In this document: positions 43,112 through 56,365 of the stretch, piece by piece
Layout: every line of letters begins with the position of its first letter
How positions within the stretch are numbered: position 1 is the first letter of the stretch
DNA from: the human T2T-CHM13v2.0 reference genome, Homo sapiens
NCBI RefSeq assembly: GCF_009914755.1
Contig: NC_060925.1
DNA: 64,000 bases
Direction: 5' to 3' (one strand)
The notes under the pieces: generated by a model
What the model was told of the DNA's origin: nothing
What the model saw: the letters and a program-made list of their open reading frames with translations, nothing else
Databases searched by the model: none
Translations under genes and position numbers: made by a program

Positions 43112-43355
43112 CTCTATCTCTTGATCTCATCTTTGCTCCAGAATCTAAGCACATCCTCTCTGTGCACAGAGTAGGGGGGGCTTTACTGTTCTAGAATGTG
43201 TCTGGGAGAAAGATGCTCGCTATTTCTATCACAGTGGCCAAGAAATAATTCTATCCTCTAATATGGAGAGAGATGCTGTCTTTAGCTTCTAAGGCTGTTT
43301 TTTGCTCAGAGGACCTGGACCATGTAAGCTGTTCATGGATAATTATCTCCCAACA
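42778..43355 (-). mobile_element. ERVL solo LTR MER76-like
   Basis: TG...CA termini; perfect 5-bp TSD atgac; tgtgaagggtctgagattttacccta...gttagcctg; minus strand starts tgttgggagataattatccatg. Confidence 0.8.
43065..43108. repeat. (TC)22 microsatellite
   Basis: Seen directly. Confidence 0.95.
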
Positions 43356-44174
43356 ATGACTTTTATGGCAAATAATAACTTATTAGATGTTACTAAAATT
43401 AAAGAATTACTGCCTCTTCCTGTGGCTTCCATCTTCTTTCCACAGTTGGTGTTAGTCAACTGTGACATGAGCAAAGTTTCAGTCTGGTCAATTATTCCTT
43501 CCCTCTGAGACTCTTTGCTTTAGTGGTCAACCCAAGACAGCTTATCTGTGTCCTCAGGAGCCTCAGAGACCTGTCTTGTCAAGAACCAAACGTAAGTTGC
43601 CTTCCAGAAAAGGTCCTCGGGTTTCTGAACCTTCTTTCCCTTCTCTTCTATACATTATGCCATATATAGCTCTGTGCCTAGATTCCTCAGAGCACAGCAT
43701 TTCGGTCTGCTGAACTAACAGAAGCTGAAGGGTCAATTAGTGTTTGTGTCTTTCAGTATCATCCTTCCTACACCATCTATTTTATTCAGCCTTCTTCAGT
43801 AAATGAATTCAAAATTATGACTAGAGATTTTAGGCTTCTAGAGACTAGATGGAAAGATAATTTGAGAATGATACAACAGGAAAATAAGCAAATCCAACTT
43901 CTATAAATTAGGGCAATGCTTTATAAGCTTTTTTTTGAGCATCTACCCCACTGATTAAAAAAATTGAGTGTGAACTCTTAATAGATGTATTTTTGAAATG
44001 ATTAACCTGTTACTCCCCCTATGTATTACATAAATTATAAAACCTAAAATAATGAAATTAAAAGGGATGAGAAAAAATGATTATAAATAGGAATTTTAAT
44101 ATTTGTTCACACACCACAATAGATAGTCTTTTACAGGACACTTTAGAGGCCACTGATACAGACCTAATAGGATC

Positions 44175-44265
44175 TCATTAAATCCCTGTGTTGCCTACGA
44201 CTGTTAAGTCAGGACTGTGAAGGGTCTGAGATTTTACCCTATTAGAAATCTAATCAGTTAGCCTG
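44175..44265 (+). repeat. Direct copy of 42751-42841 (templated insertion)
   Basis: 91-bp copies with 4 substitutions. Confidence 0.95.
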
Positions 44266-44270
44266 TATGA

Positions 44271-45310
44271 TGAATTAGTCAGAGTTCTCCAGAAAAAAAA
44301 AAAGTGTTTGTGTGTGTGTGTGTGTGTGTGTATATGTAGTGTGTATGTGTGTATACATATATATACAGAGAGAGACAGAGAGAAAGGTAGAGTTTTATTA
44401 CATGAAATTGATTGGCTCGTGATTATGGAAGTTTACAAGTCTCAAGATCTGCAATAAGCACATAAACGTGCTGGAAGCTCAGGAGAGCTGACAGTGTAGT
44501 TCCAGTTTGAAGTCTGGCAGGCTCATGGCCCAGGAATAGCTAACATTTCAGTTTGAGCCTGAAGACACAGAAAAAGCCAATGAGTCAGTTTGAAGGCTGT
44601 CAGTCGGGTAGAATTCTCTCTTAATCATGGAAGGGTCAAATTTTTGTTGTTTCCAGGCCTTTAACGGATTGAATGAGGCCCATCTACATTATGAAGGGCA
44701 ATCTGCTTTACTTAGTCTACTAATGTAAATATTAATTTCACCTCAAACATTCTTCTATGGTTTGGATATGGTTTGTTTGTCTCCACCAAATCTCATGTTG
44801 AAATGTGAGCCCCAGTGTGGCGGGGTTTTGGGGTGAGGCCTATTTGAAGGTGTTTGTGTCAGGGAGAGTGGGTCCCTCATAAATGGCTTGGTGCTATTCT
44901 GGCAGTAGTGAGTGAGTTCTTGCTTTTGAGACTGGACTGGTTCTTGGGAAATGGATTAGTTCTCATGAGAGTGGGTTGTTGTGAAGCCAAGATACCCATG
45001 GGATTTGGTCTGCCTTTGCGTTTGCTTGCATTCCCTTTCGCCTTCTCCACCATGTTTTGATGCAGCACAAAATCTCTTACCAGAATCTGAGCAGATGCTG
45101 GCACCATGCTTCTTGTTCAGCCTGTCGAGCCATGAGCTCAGTAAATCTCTCTCTTTTTTTTAATATAAATTACTGATTCTCAGGTATATCTTTATAACCA
45201 CACAAAACAGATTGAGATAAACCTTCACAGAAACACCCAGAATTATATTTGACCAAATAACTAGATACCCCATAGCCCAGGCAAGTTGACACATAAAATT
45301 AACTATCACT
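44271..45310 (-). mobile_element. ERVL LTR MLT2B with (TG)n tract and nested MST
   Basis: tgaattagtcagagttctccaga...aagttgacacataaaattaactatcac. Confidence 0.85.
44753..45219 (+). mobile_element. MaLR solo LTR MSTB-type
   Basis: ctatggtttggatatggtttgtttgtctccaccaaatctcatgttgaaa...gagcagatgctggcaccatgcttcttg. Confidence 0.85.
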
Positions 45311-45324
45311 GATGGATTCTTTTA

Positions 45325-45500
45325 AACCTTTTATTATGAAAAATATAACATATGTGGAAATAGATGGCATTATGAACACCTATGTTTCCCTTTTCAGCCT
45401 CAACAATTGTCACGTCTTAGGCAATCTTATTTTATCTACAACTGATTTTCCACTTTTTTATTATTTTGAAGCAAATCACAGATGTCACATTATTTTATCT
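45325..45500 (-). mobile_element. L1MC4/5-type 3' end fragment
   Basis: ttttattatgaaaaat...ggcaatcttattttatcta...ttattttgaagcaaatc. Confidence 0.6.
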
Positions 45501-45589
45501 GAGGCTGAATGATTAACTCAAGAATAATTTTTTGCTCTCTCTCTCAGTAAACAGTAATTCTGGCTTCTCTACTCACTATATGAGAGTGG

Positions 45590-46980
45590 CTCAGTAAGAA
45601 AAAATTAACACCCCCCAAAAAAGCCAGTGAAGGAAATTTAGTGAAAAAATAATTGTCTTCTAAATGTAATGCATGAAGCCAAAAGAAGTACAGACTGTAG
45701 TTTAAAGAAAAAGTGTAATCAACAAAGACAAAAGCTGAAATCCCAATGAAGTTAATGGAGATAAGAAATTAATGAGTCCCCCAAATTAAAATTGTATAGC
45801 ACAATTAAATAGGCTTTGTCATGCATATTTGTGGAGCATATGTGTTAAGTATATCTTAATTAAACCTGGGAAAATGGAATCACTGATGCGTAGAAGAAAT
45901 TTAAAGACTCAGAAAACTTTTTGAGATTCTACAGAGGAAAATGATAAGGAGATGAGTCTACACAATTAATAATAGAGAAGGCTAGAATTAGAGATCCAAA
46001 GTAGAGGTAAGTGGTGTTTCTAAGGAAGAATTCAGATCCACTCATTCAAATGAAGAATAATTAAAGGTATAACTGAAGAAAATTTGCTTGAATTAAAAAA
46101 ATACTGGTATGTCTTAATCAAATAACACATCCTCTTGTATACAAAAAAGGAATCAATGAAAAAAGATTCATAATTAGAGACATTCAAGCAACACTTTTTC
46201 CTTACAAAGATAAAAAAAACCACATGAATACAAAAAATCAAATTATTTATATGTAGTGAAATCAGATTGCCCTTTAAATTTTCCTTTCTAACATTAGATA
46301 TCAGAAAAAAATGGAACAGTGTGCCTAGAGTTTTAAGTAAAGAAAAGTTGAAATCCAAGGATTTCTTAACAATAATATAAAAACTAACTCAAGATGTAGA
46401 AAGAGTGGTCTAATCACAATGGAGGAACATTTTAAAACTTTTTAAAAGGCTACTTGATTTTTTTAAAATGGTGGCACCAGATAGCTTTATTATAATTTTT
46501 TTTCGAACTTTCAAGATAATTTCCATGCTATATGTATTAGTCAATTTTCAACTACTATAAAGAACTTTCCTGACACTGGGTGATTTCTAAAGGAAAGAGG
46601 TTTAATTGACTCACAGTTCAGCCTGGCTGGGGAGGTGTCAGGAAACTTACAATCATGGCAGAAGGGGAAGCAGGCACCTTCTTCACAAGGTGACAGGAGA
46701 GCAAACAGCAGGGGAAACCACCATTTGTAAAACCATCAGCTCTCATGAGAACTCACTTGCTATCACGAGAACAGCATGGGGGAAACTGCCCCCATGATCC
46801 AATCACCTCCCACCAGGTCCCTCCCTCAAAATGTGGGGATTCTAAGGATACAATTTGAGATGAAATTTGGGTGGGGACACAGAGCCAAACCATATCAGTA
46901 TATAAACTATTTCAGAGAGTATTCCAATTCTTTTTATTAAGCTAATATAATTCTTATTTTAAAATCTGAAGAAACTATTG
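45590..46980 (+). mobile_element. Ancient L1M/HAL1-like ORF1-ORF2 remnants (interrupted by THE1)
   Basis: A-rich, aatcagattg...aacattagatatcagaaaaaaatggaac ORF1-like motif; heavily degraded. Confidence 0.45.
46533..46897 (-). mobile_element. MaLR solo LTR THE1C/D
   Basis: tgtattagtc...ggggacacagagccaaaccatatca; TSD ctata/gtata. Confidence 0.9.
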
Positions 46981-47004
46981 CAAATATTATTTTAAAATAT
47001 TACA

Positions 47005-47152
47005 CACACATTATATATTTATATTATATATTTATATTTTATTATATATTTATATTTTATATAGGTTACATATATCTATATATATATTTGATGTAGATTG
47101 TCTCTCTCTCTCTCTCTCTAGCTATATAGATAGATAGATAAATAGACAGATA
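47005..47152. repeat. AT-rich, (TC)n and (GATA)n simple repeats
   Basis: Seen directly. Confidence 0.8.
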
Positions 47153-49745
47153 CTAGGAACACAGAGGAGAGCATGATGTATAATCTGCCTGGAAAGTTTG
47201 GGAGATACTAAAACACAATAAAACAGGATTTTTTATTTATACGACTTCTCAGAGCTTTTAATTTACTAGTGTATATTGCATATCTCAAAGAGAGGGACAT
47301 TATAAACAGTGTTTTTCAAACATACTTTGAACACAAAATCCTTTTATAAGTGGAGTGTCTTGTGATATTGTGATATACTTTGGAAATACTATCATAATCA
47401 ATATATCCTCTATAAATATAATTGTTTTTTTCAAATCTGTAAAATTGTATTAAAACATGACAAATAAAATGTGGATTAATGGCCACAACTAAATGATAAA
47501 GGTTAATATAAAATAATTTGTTTATAAGGAGAGTCATCATTAAAACAAAAGTCATACTGTGAAACATTTTCTCATTATCTGCTGTACTTTAACAGGCTTT
47601 GCAAACTTTCTTAAGCAGGTTTTTAAAATTTTTGTGGGTACATAGGTGTACATATTTATGGGGTACATGAGAGGTTTTGATATAGGCATGCAATGTGTAA
47701 TAGTAACACCATGGAAAATGGTGTATTCGTCTCCTCAAGAATGTATTCATTGTGTTACAAACCATTATACACTTTTAATTATTTTTAAATATACAATTCA
47801 ATTATTTTGACTATTGTTACCCTTTTGTGTTATCAAATACTGGGTATTATTAATTTTTTCAAACCATTTTTTTGTACCCATTAAGCACCCCCACCTTCCC
47901 CACACCTCATACTGCCCTTCCCAGCCTCTGGTAACCCCCCTCCTATTCTCTAACTCCATGTGTTCAATTGTTTTGATTTTTAAATTCCACAAATAAGTGG
48001 GAACATGTGGTGTTTGTTTTTCTGTGCCTGGCTTATTTTACTTAACATAATGACCTCCAGTTCCATTCAGGTTGCAAATGACAGGATCTCACTCTTTTTT
48101 ATGGCTGAATAGTACTCAATTGTGTATGAGTAAGACATTTTCTTTAACCATTTACCTATTGATGGACACTTAAGTTGCTTCATAATCTTGGATATTGTGA
48201 ACAGTGCTGCAAAAAACATGAGAGTTCAGATATCTCTTCAATATACTGATTTCCTTTCCTGTGGTATATACCCAGCAGTGGTATTGCTGGATCATATGGT
48301 AGCTCTGTTTTTAGTTTTTTGAGGAAACTCCAAACTGTTCTTCCAAGTGGTTGTAATAACTTACATTACCAACAATGTACATGGTTCCCTTTTCTCCACG
48401 TTGTCTCCAGCATTTGTGATTGCCTGTCTTTTGAATGTAAGCCATTTTAACTCAGGTAGGTGAGATAATATCTCATTATAGTTCTGATTTGCATTTCTCT
48501 CATGATCAATGATGTTGAGTACATTTTCACATGCCTGTTTGCCATTTGGATGTCTACTATTCAAATATTTTGCCCGTTTTTGATTGGATTACTAGTTTTT
48601 CCTATAGAGTTGTTTGAGCTTCTTTTCATGTTATTAATCCTTGTCAGATGGGTAGTTGAAACACTTTCTCCCATTCTGTGAATTGTGTCCTCACTTCGTT
48701 GATTGTTTCCTTCACTGTATAGAAGCTTTTTAACTGGATGTCATCCTATTTGTCCATCTTTCCTTTGGTTGCCTGTGCTTGTGGGCTATGACTCAAAAAT
48801 TTTTTGTTTAGATCAGTATCCTGGAGAGTTTCCTTATTGTTTTCTTGTAGTAGTTTCATAGCTTGAGGTCTTAGATTTAAGTCTTTTAAACATTTTTATT
48901 TGATTTTCATATATGGCGAGAGATAGGGGTCCAGTTTCATTGTTCTGCACATGGATACCCTGTATACCCTGTATTCCCAGAACCATTTACTGAAGAAACT
49001 GTCCTTTCTCCAATGTATGTTCTTGGCACCTGTCAAAAATGAGTTTACCATAGGTGTATGGATTTGTTTCTGGGTTTTCCATTCTATTCCCTTGGTTTAT
49101 GTGTCTGTTTTTATGTCAGTACCATGCTGTTTTGGTTACTGTAGCTGTGTAGTATAATTTGGAGTCAGGTTATGTCATTTCTCTAATTTTGTTCTTATTG
49201 CTCAGGATGGCTTTGGCTATTCTGGATCTTTTGTGGTTCCACATAAATTTTAGAATTGTTGTATCTACCTCTGTGAAGAATATCATTATTTTTATAGGAA
49301 TTGCATTGAATCTGTAGATTGCTTTGGGTAGTATGGACATTTTAACAATATTGATTCATCCAATCCATGAACATGGAGTTTTCATCCATATTTTTGTGTC
49401 CTTTTCAATTTCTTCCGTCACGGGTCTATAGTTTTAATTGTAGAGATCTCTTGCGTCTTTAAGTTAACTCCTAGGTATTTAATTTTATGTATTGCTGTTG
49501 TAAGTGGCATTACTTTTTTATTTCTTTTTCACATTGTTCAGTGTTGGCATATAGAAATGCTACTGATTTTTATATTTTTATCTTGTATCCTGCAACTTTA
49601 CTGAATTTGTTCATCAGTTCTAATTGATTTTTAATGGAGTCTAGGTTTTTTTCAACTATAAGATCATATATTCTTCAAACAAAGTTAATTTGACTTCTTC
49701 CTTTCCAATTTTGATGTCTTTTTGTCTTTCTCTTGTCTGATTACT

Positions 49746-50186
49746 CTAGCTAGGACTTCCAGTACTATGATGAATAACAGTGGTGACAGTGGACTTCCTT
49801 GTCATGTTCCAGATCTTATAGGAAAGGCTTTCAGGTTTTTTCTTATTGAGTATGATACTAGCTATGAGTCTGTCATATATGGCTTTTATTATGTTGAGGT
49901 ATGTTCCTTGAATCCTCAGTTTTGTGAGGATTTTAAGCATGAAGTGATGTTGAATTTTATCCAAAGCTTTTTCAGCATCAGTTGAAATGATCGTATGGTT
50001 TTTATCCTTCATTTTGCTGATATGATTTATCACATTGATTGATTTGCATATGTTAACCCATCCTAGCATCCCTAGGATAAATCTTAATTGGTCATGATGA
50101 ACGATGTTTTTAATAAATTGTTGAATTCGGTTTGCTAGTATTTTGTTGAGAATTTTTGCATCAGTATTCATCAGAGATATATGCAT
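49746..50186 (-). pseudogene. L1 ORF2 reverse-transcriptase remnant
   Basis: [21 protein letters not shown]...HHDQ...[11 protein letters not shown] is the L1 RT region; frame broken on both sides. Confidence 0.9.
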
Positions 50187-51027
50187 GTAGTTTGTTTGAT
50201 GTGTCTTTGGCTTGTTTTGGTATCAAGGTAATCATGGTCTCATATAATAAGCTTGGAAGTATTCCCTCCTTCTCTCTCTACTTTTCAGAGTAGTTTGAGT
50301 AGGATTGGTACTAGTTCTTCTTTAAATATTTGTAGAATTCACCAGTGACTCCATCAGGTTTTGGAATCTTTATTAGGAGACCATTATGGCTTCCATCCTG
50401 TTACTTGTTATTGGTCTGTTTAGGTTTTGGATTTCTTCCTGGTTAAATCTTGGTAGGTTCTATGTGTCTAGGAATGTAACTATTTTCTGTAGATTTTCCA
50501 ATTTAATGGCATATGGTTGCTCATAGTAGCCACTGATGATCCTTTGAATTTCTGAAGTATCGGTTGTAATATCTCCTTTTTCATCTCTGATTTTATTTAT
50601 TTGTGTCTTCTCCCTTTTTGTCTTAGTTGGGCTAAAGGCTTGTCAATTTTGTTTGTCTTTTAAAAAAACCCTTTTTGTCCCATTGATCTTTTGTATTGTT
50701 TTCTTCATATCAATCTCATTTATTTCTTCTCTGATCTTTGTTATTTATTTTCTTCTATTAATTTTGGATTTGGTTTGCTCTTGCTTTTCTATGCTGTGTT
50801 TTCATTGTCATTTTCAAATTTCTTAATTGATTTACTTAATTGATTCAGGAGTGTATTGTTTAATTTCTATGTGTTTGTATAATTTCCAAAATACCTCTTG
50901 TTGTTGATTTCTTGTTTTATTCCATTGTAGTCAGAGAAGATGCTTGATATTATTCCAATTTATTTAAATGTTTTAAGACTTGTTTTGTGATCTAACATGT
51001 AATCTGTCCTTGAGAATGATCCATGTG

Positions 51028-51216
51028 CTAAGGAGAAAAATGTGTATTGTATTCTGCAACCTTTGGATGAAATAGTCTGTAAATATTTATTAGGTTCATT
51101 TGCTCTAAGTCCAGTGCTTCTTTATTGAGTTTCTGTCTGGGAAATCTGCCCAATGCTGAAAGTGGGATTTTGATATCTCCAGCTATTATTGTATTGAGGT
51201 CTAGCTCTTTCTTCAC
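51028..51216 (-). pseudogene. L1 ORF2 endonuclease remnant
   Basis: NTIIAGDIKIPLSAL is a degenerate version of the L1 EN motif TIIxGDFNTPLS. Confidence 0.8.
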
Positions 51217-52697
51217 CTTTAATAATATTTGCTTTATATATTATATTTACATATGGAGCACCTAAATATATGCTCCAGTGTTAAGTGCATATATTCACAG
51301 TCATTATATCCAGTTATGGGATTGACCCCTTTATCCCTATATAATGACCTTCTTTGTCTTCTCTTACAGTTTTTGTCTTAAAATCTATTTCGTCTAAATA
51401 TAGCTTCTCCTGCTCTTTTGGTTTCTATTGGCATGGAACATCTTTTTCCTTCCCTTCATTTTCAGTCAATGTGTATCTTTATAGGCAAAATGTGTTTCTT
51501 GTAGGCAACAGAACAATGGGTCTTGTTTTTTAATCCATTCAGCCACTCTGTGTCTTTTGATTGAAGATTTAGTCCATTTACATTTAATGTTTTTACTGAT
51601 ATGTGGAGGCTTACTCTTGCCATTTTAAAATTTGTTTTGAGGTCTTTCTTTTTTCTTTCCTGTCATCCTTTTAGTAAAGGTAATTTTCTCTGGTGGTATG
51701 ATTTAATTTCTTGCTTTTTATTTTTGTGTCTCCATTTTGTTAATATGTGTTTCAAATTGAGGTTACCATGAGGTTTGCAAATACTATCTTGTAACCCATT
51801 ATTTTAAACTGATGCCAACTTAACACTCATTGCATAAACAAACAAACATGCAAAAAGAAAACTAATGGAAACTCTACACTTTAACTTCATCCCCCCACTT
51901 TTAAACTTTTTTGTTCCTATTTATGTCTTATTGTACTGTCTAGGACTTGGAAAGTTGTAGTTATTATTTTTTATTAGTTCATTGTTTATATTTTCTGCAT
52001 CTGATAAGAGTAGTTTACACACCATGACAGTGTTATAACAGTCTGTGCTTTTCTGTGTGCTTACAATTATCAGTGAGTTGTACCTTCAGATGATTTCTTA
52101 TTGCTCATAAACATCTTTTTTTTTTTCAGTTTGAAGAAACCCCTTTAGTATTTTTTGTAGAAAAAGTCTGGATTTGATAAAAATCCCTCAAATTTTATTT
52201 GTCTTGGAAGGACGGTCTTTATTTCTCTTTCATGCTTGAAGGATACTTTCACCAGGTACACTAGTCTAGGATAAAAGCTTTTTTTCCTTCAGTGCTTTAA
52301 ATATGTTATGCCACTCTCTCCTGACCTGTAAGGTTTCCACTTAAAAGTCTGCTGCCAGATTTATTGGTGCTCCGTTTTATGTTATTCATTTCTTTTATCT
52401 TGCTGCTTTTAGGATCCTTTCATTATCATTGACCTTTGGGAATTTGATTGTTAAATGACTTGAGGTAGTCTTTGTTGGGTTAAATCTGCTTGGTGTTCTG
52501 TAGTCTTATATTTGGATATTGATATCTTTGTCTAGGTTTGGGAAGTTCCCTTATTATTCCTTTGAATAAACTTTCCACCCCTATCTCTTTCTCTACCTCT
52601 TCTTTAAGGCCAGTAACTCTCAGATTTGCCCTTTTGAGGCTCTTTTATAGATCTTATAGGCATACTTCATTGTTTTTTCTTTTTTCTTCTGTCTCAT

Positions 52698-52928
52698 CTA
52701 TCTATTTCCAAATAGCCTACCTTCAAGCTCTCTAATTATTTCTTCTGCTTGAACAATTCTGCTATTAAGTGATTCTGATGCATTCTTTAGAATGTCAGTT
52801 GCATTTTTCACCTCTAGAATTTCTGCTTGATTCTTTTGAATTATTTCAATCTCTTTGTTAAACTTATCTGATAGAATTCTGAGTTCCTTCTCTGTGTTAT
52901 CTTGTATTTCTTTGAGTATCCTCAACAC
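52698..52928 (-). pseudogene. L1 ORF1 coiled-coil remnant
   Basis: KFNKEIEIIQKNQAEILEVKN...LNSRIVQAEEIIRELE typical of L1M ORF1p. Confidence 0.85.
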
Positions 52929-55514
52929 AGCTATTTTGAATTCTATGTCTGAAAGGTTGTGTATCTCCGTTTCTCTAGGATTGGTTCCTGGTGGCTTATT
53001 TAGTTCATTTGGTGAGGTTATATTTTCCTGGATGATCTTGATGCTTATAGATGTTCTTCAGTGCCTGGGCATTGAAGAGTTAGGTATTTATTGTAGCCTT
53101 CCCAGATGGGCTTGTTTGTGCCCAGTCTTATTGAGAAGGCTGTGCAGGTATTCAAAAGGACCTGGGCTCCAAACCAAACAGCACTGTGGTTTTGCAGACT
53201 CATAAGGCACTGCCTTGGTGGTCTTGGATAAGATACAGAAGAATTATCTAGATTACTAAGCAGACACTCTTGTTCTTTTTTCTCACCTTCTGTCTAACAA
53301 ATGAAGTCTCTTTCTCTCTGTGCTGAGCCAGCTGAAAATGGGGGTATGGTGATGCAAGAACTCCTATGGTCACCACCAGTGGGACTGTGCTGTGTCAGAC
53401 CTGAAGCCAGCACAGCACTTGCCTTGCCCAAGGCCCACTGTAATAATTACCTGGTTACCTGGCTACTACCTACGTTCACTCAAAGCCCTAAGGCTTTACA
53501 ATCAGCAGGTGGCAAAAACAGCTAGGTCTGTGTCCTTCTTTTTAGGGTGGTGAGTTCCCTGAGGCCCCAGGCAAGTCCAAAGATGTTGCCTGGGAGCCAG
53601 GGATTGGAGTAAAAATACCTTAGAAATTTGCCAGATATTCTTTTCTACTGTGGCTAAGCTGGCACTCAAACCAAAATATAAAGTCCTTTCCATTCTTCCC
53701 TCCCCTTTCAAAAGGCAGAGTAGACTCTTTCTGTGGGCACCACCACCATCAGCTCATGGGTGTGGGGGGTTCTGCTAGTCCACTGTCCATGTTCACTTAA
53801 GGCTCAAAGGTTCTTCAGTTGGCTTGTGGTGAATGGTGCCTGACCTGGGACTCACCCTTCAGGGAAGTGGGTTCCCCTCTGGCCCAGGGCAGGTCCAGAA
53901 ATACTGTCTAAGAGCCTAGGCCTGGACTCAGTGAACCCAAGAGCCTGCTTTTTGCTCTACCCCACTGTGGCTGAGTTGGTACCTACATTGCAAGACAAAA
54001 ATCCTTTTACTTTTCCCTCTGCTTTTCTCAAACAGAAAAATTCTTTCACCACAGGTACCACAGCTGGGAATGTGCTGAGTTGCACCTGTATGTCTCACTG
54101 CCAAGGCCCATAGAATACAATCTGGGCATCACTGCTTTTTTTGGGGGGTCCAAGGGGCTTTGGTCAGCAGGTGATGAATCCTTCCAGGACTGGTTTTGTT
54201 TTCCTTCAAGGCAATGGGTTTTCTTTTGGCCCAGGGTATGTCCCAAAATGTCCAGGAGCTAGTGCCTGGAATGGGGGCCTCACAACTCTGCCTGGTGCCC
54301 TATCCTGTTGTAGCTGAGCATGTGTCCAAGACGCACAACAAAATCCTCTTTACTCTTCACTCTCCACCCTTTAAGCAAAGGAAAGATACACTTTTGTTGT
54401 TGTTGGCTGCACTGTTTGGGGTTGGGGGAGAGATGGCACAAGCACTTCTTTAGCTGCCTTGGCTGCTGTCTTCAAAGGTTATGTGCCACTCTAGTTTACA
54501 GGCTGTCAGGCCAGCCCAGCACTAGAAGTTGCCAAAAAATTGCAGTCTTTGAGGCCTAGGCTGCCTTTCAAGTTTACCTAGGATCCTAGAGCACTTTGGC
54601 CCCACAGTGGGAAGGCTTGCTGAGAAACTTGAGTTCTGATCAATGGGATGGGCAATTCCCCTCTGGCTAGGTCTAGTCCACATGCTCTCTCAGTGCATGG
54701 GCACTGGCTGAGTCCAGCACGGTTTTACCCTCTGCTGTGAAAGGGCAACACTGTGTTCAATGTAATGTCTCCTAGTAACTGCTCTCCCTTTCCAAAGTAC
54801 AGATGTTTCTCTCTGCACCACTTCTGCTGGTGAATGGCAAAAGGGTGGCATTGGCATTTAGAGACTATCTCCAACCCTCCTCAATGCCTCTTTCAATAAT
54901 CTGATGTTAAAACCAGGTACTGTGATTGCGCTCTTGAGTTTTGGTTCTTTTCTGTGTGCAGATAGTTGTTAAAATTTGATGTGCCTGTGGAAGGTACAAA
55001 TAGTGTAAGGCTTCTATTCTGCCTTCTTTCTCCACCCTGCTCCTTACAAACTTTTCATGCCAAGCCACTGTTATTGAAACTAATCAAATTCCAATTTTTC
55101 TTCAAAAAGCTATAGATTTCTTTATTTATTTGTACCAGTCTATGAATCTTTATGTTCTAAAGGCACCCTTTAACAGTAAAAATATGAATTTGATAGAAGT
55201 TCTAATGGTACACATGAGAAACTTTGGCCTTGTAAACAATTTTGTTTTCAATTATAATTAATTTAAAGCACATCTATTTGACATAATCCTGAAGAAGAAC
55301 TGATGTTACTCATGGAAAAATGATTTACAAGAACACAACTTCCTATAAAATTATGTTTTTATTATAGCTTTTCTCTTCAGCTTAATTTTTCATTATTTTC
55401 TAAGGAATCAACTCTATTTCCACAGAACATTAACATTACCGTACTTATACATTTTTATTTACATGTTTATTTCATATCAGTATTTTCAATTCAGAAATTA
55501 CTTGCAATAATTTT

Positions 55515-55810
55515 GGCTGGGTGCAGTGGCTCATGCCTGTAATCCCAGCACTTTAGGAGGTCAAAGCTGGTGGATCACTTGAGGCCAGGAGTTTGAGACC
55601 AGCCTGGCCAACATGGTGAAAGCCCTGTCTTTACTAAAAATACAAATATTAGCTAGGTGTGGTGGTGGGCACCTGTAATCCCAGTTACTGGGGAGGCTGA
55701 GACACAAGAATCACTTGAGCATGGAAGGCGGAGGTTGCAGCGAGGCGAGATCGCACCACTATGCTCCAGCCTGGGTGACAGAGTGAGACTCCATTTAAAA
55801 AAAAAAAAAA
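55515..55810 (+). mobile_element. AluS
   Basis: Full dimer, A tail, TSD ttacttgcaataatttt/ttacttgtgataatttt. Confidence 0.95.
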
Positions 55811-55829
55811 TTACTTGTGATAATTTTAA

Positions 55830-56365
55830 AAAGAATAATGCTGGAATATGAGCAAACAAGCTTTCCCCTGCTTGTTAATGAGTGGGAATGTAAAATGTTT
55901 CAGGTTTTATGAAGGACAATATGACAAACTATATAAAGAGCTTTTAAAAAACTTGTTTACTTTTGGTCCATTGATATTTAATTTTAGGAAAATAGTTAAA
56001 AGTCTAATATTTGGAGACATGTTAAATAAATTATGAAGCATTTGTACCCGGAATACTATGTAGACATTGTAGGTTAGAGTACTATATAGTTATTTATATA
56101 AGTATGTGAACTACATATATTTATACGTAAAGATGTTAAAATCTTCATGATATATTACTAAATAATAAAAGCAGGATCAGTTTATGTAAATACATACAGA
56201 TATCCCATGACAAGCACCACCACCAAACTAATAATAATGGTTAACTGAGTTTGTTTGGATGACTAAATATTATTTGGGCTTTGTATATCTTTTACAATTT
56301 TTCCACGATGAACTTGCACTATTTATGTGAAGGGCAAATGAATAAATACCTTTAGAAAGAAAAAA
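55830..56365 (+). mobile_element. L1ME-type 3' fragment
   Basis: gtgggaatgtaaaatg...gaaggacaatatgacaa...taaataaattatg...gaatactatgtag. Confidence 0.55.

Larger units (their letters stand above)
47611..55041 (-). mobile_element. Apparently full-length, inactivated L1MA (L1MA2-like)
   Basis: L1MA-type 3' UTR at left, ORF2 and ORF1 remnants, long 5' UTR ending ttctattctgccttctttctccaccc; candidate TSD ctttgcaaactttc/ccttacaaactttt; many stops and apparent internal deletions (e.g. near 50790). Confidence 0.85.

Noticed and set aside
47611-55041. L1 as an active element or functional reverse-transcriptase system
   Set aside because: ORF1 and ORF2 are broken into short frames by stops, frameshifts and deletions; the endonuclease motif is degenerate
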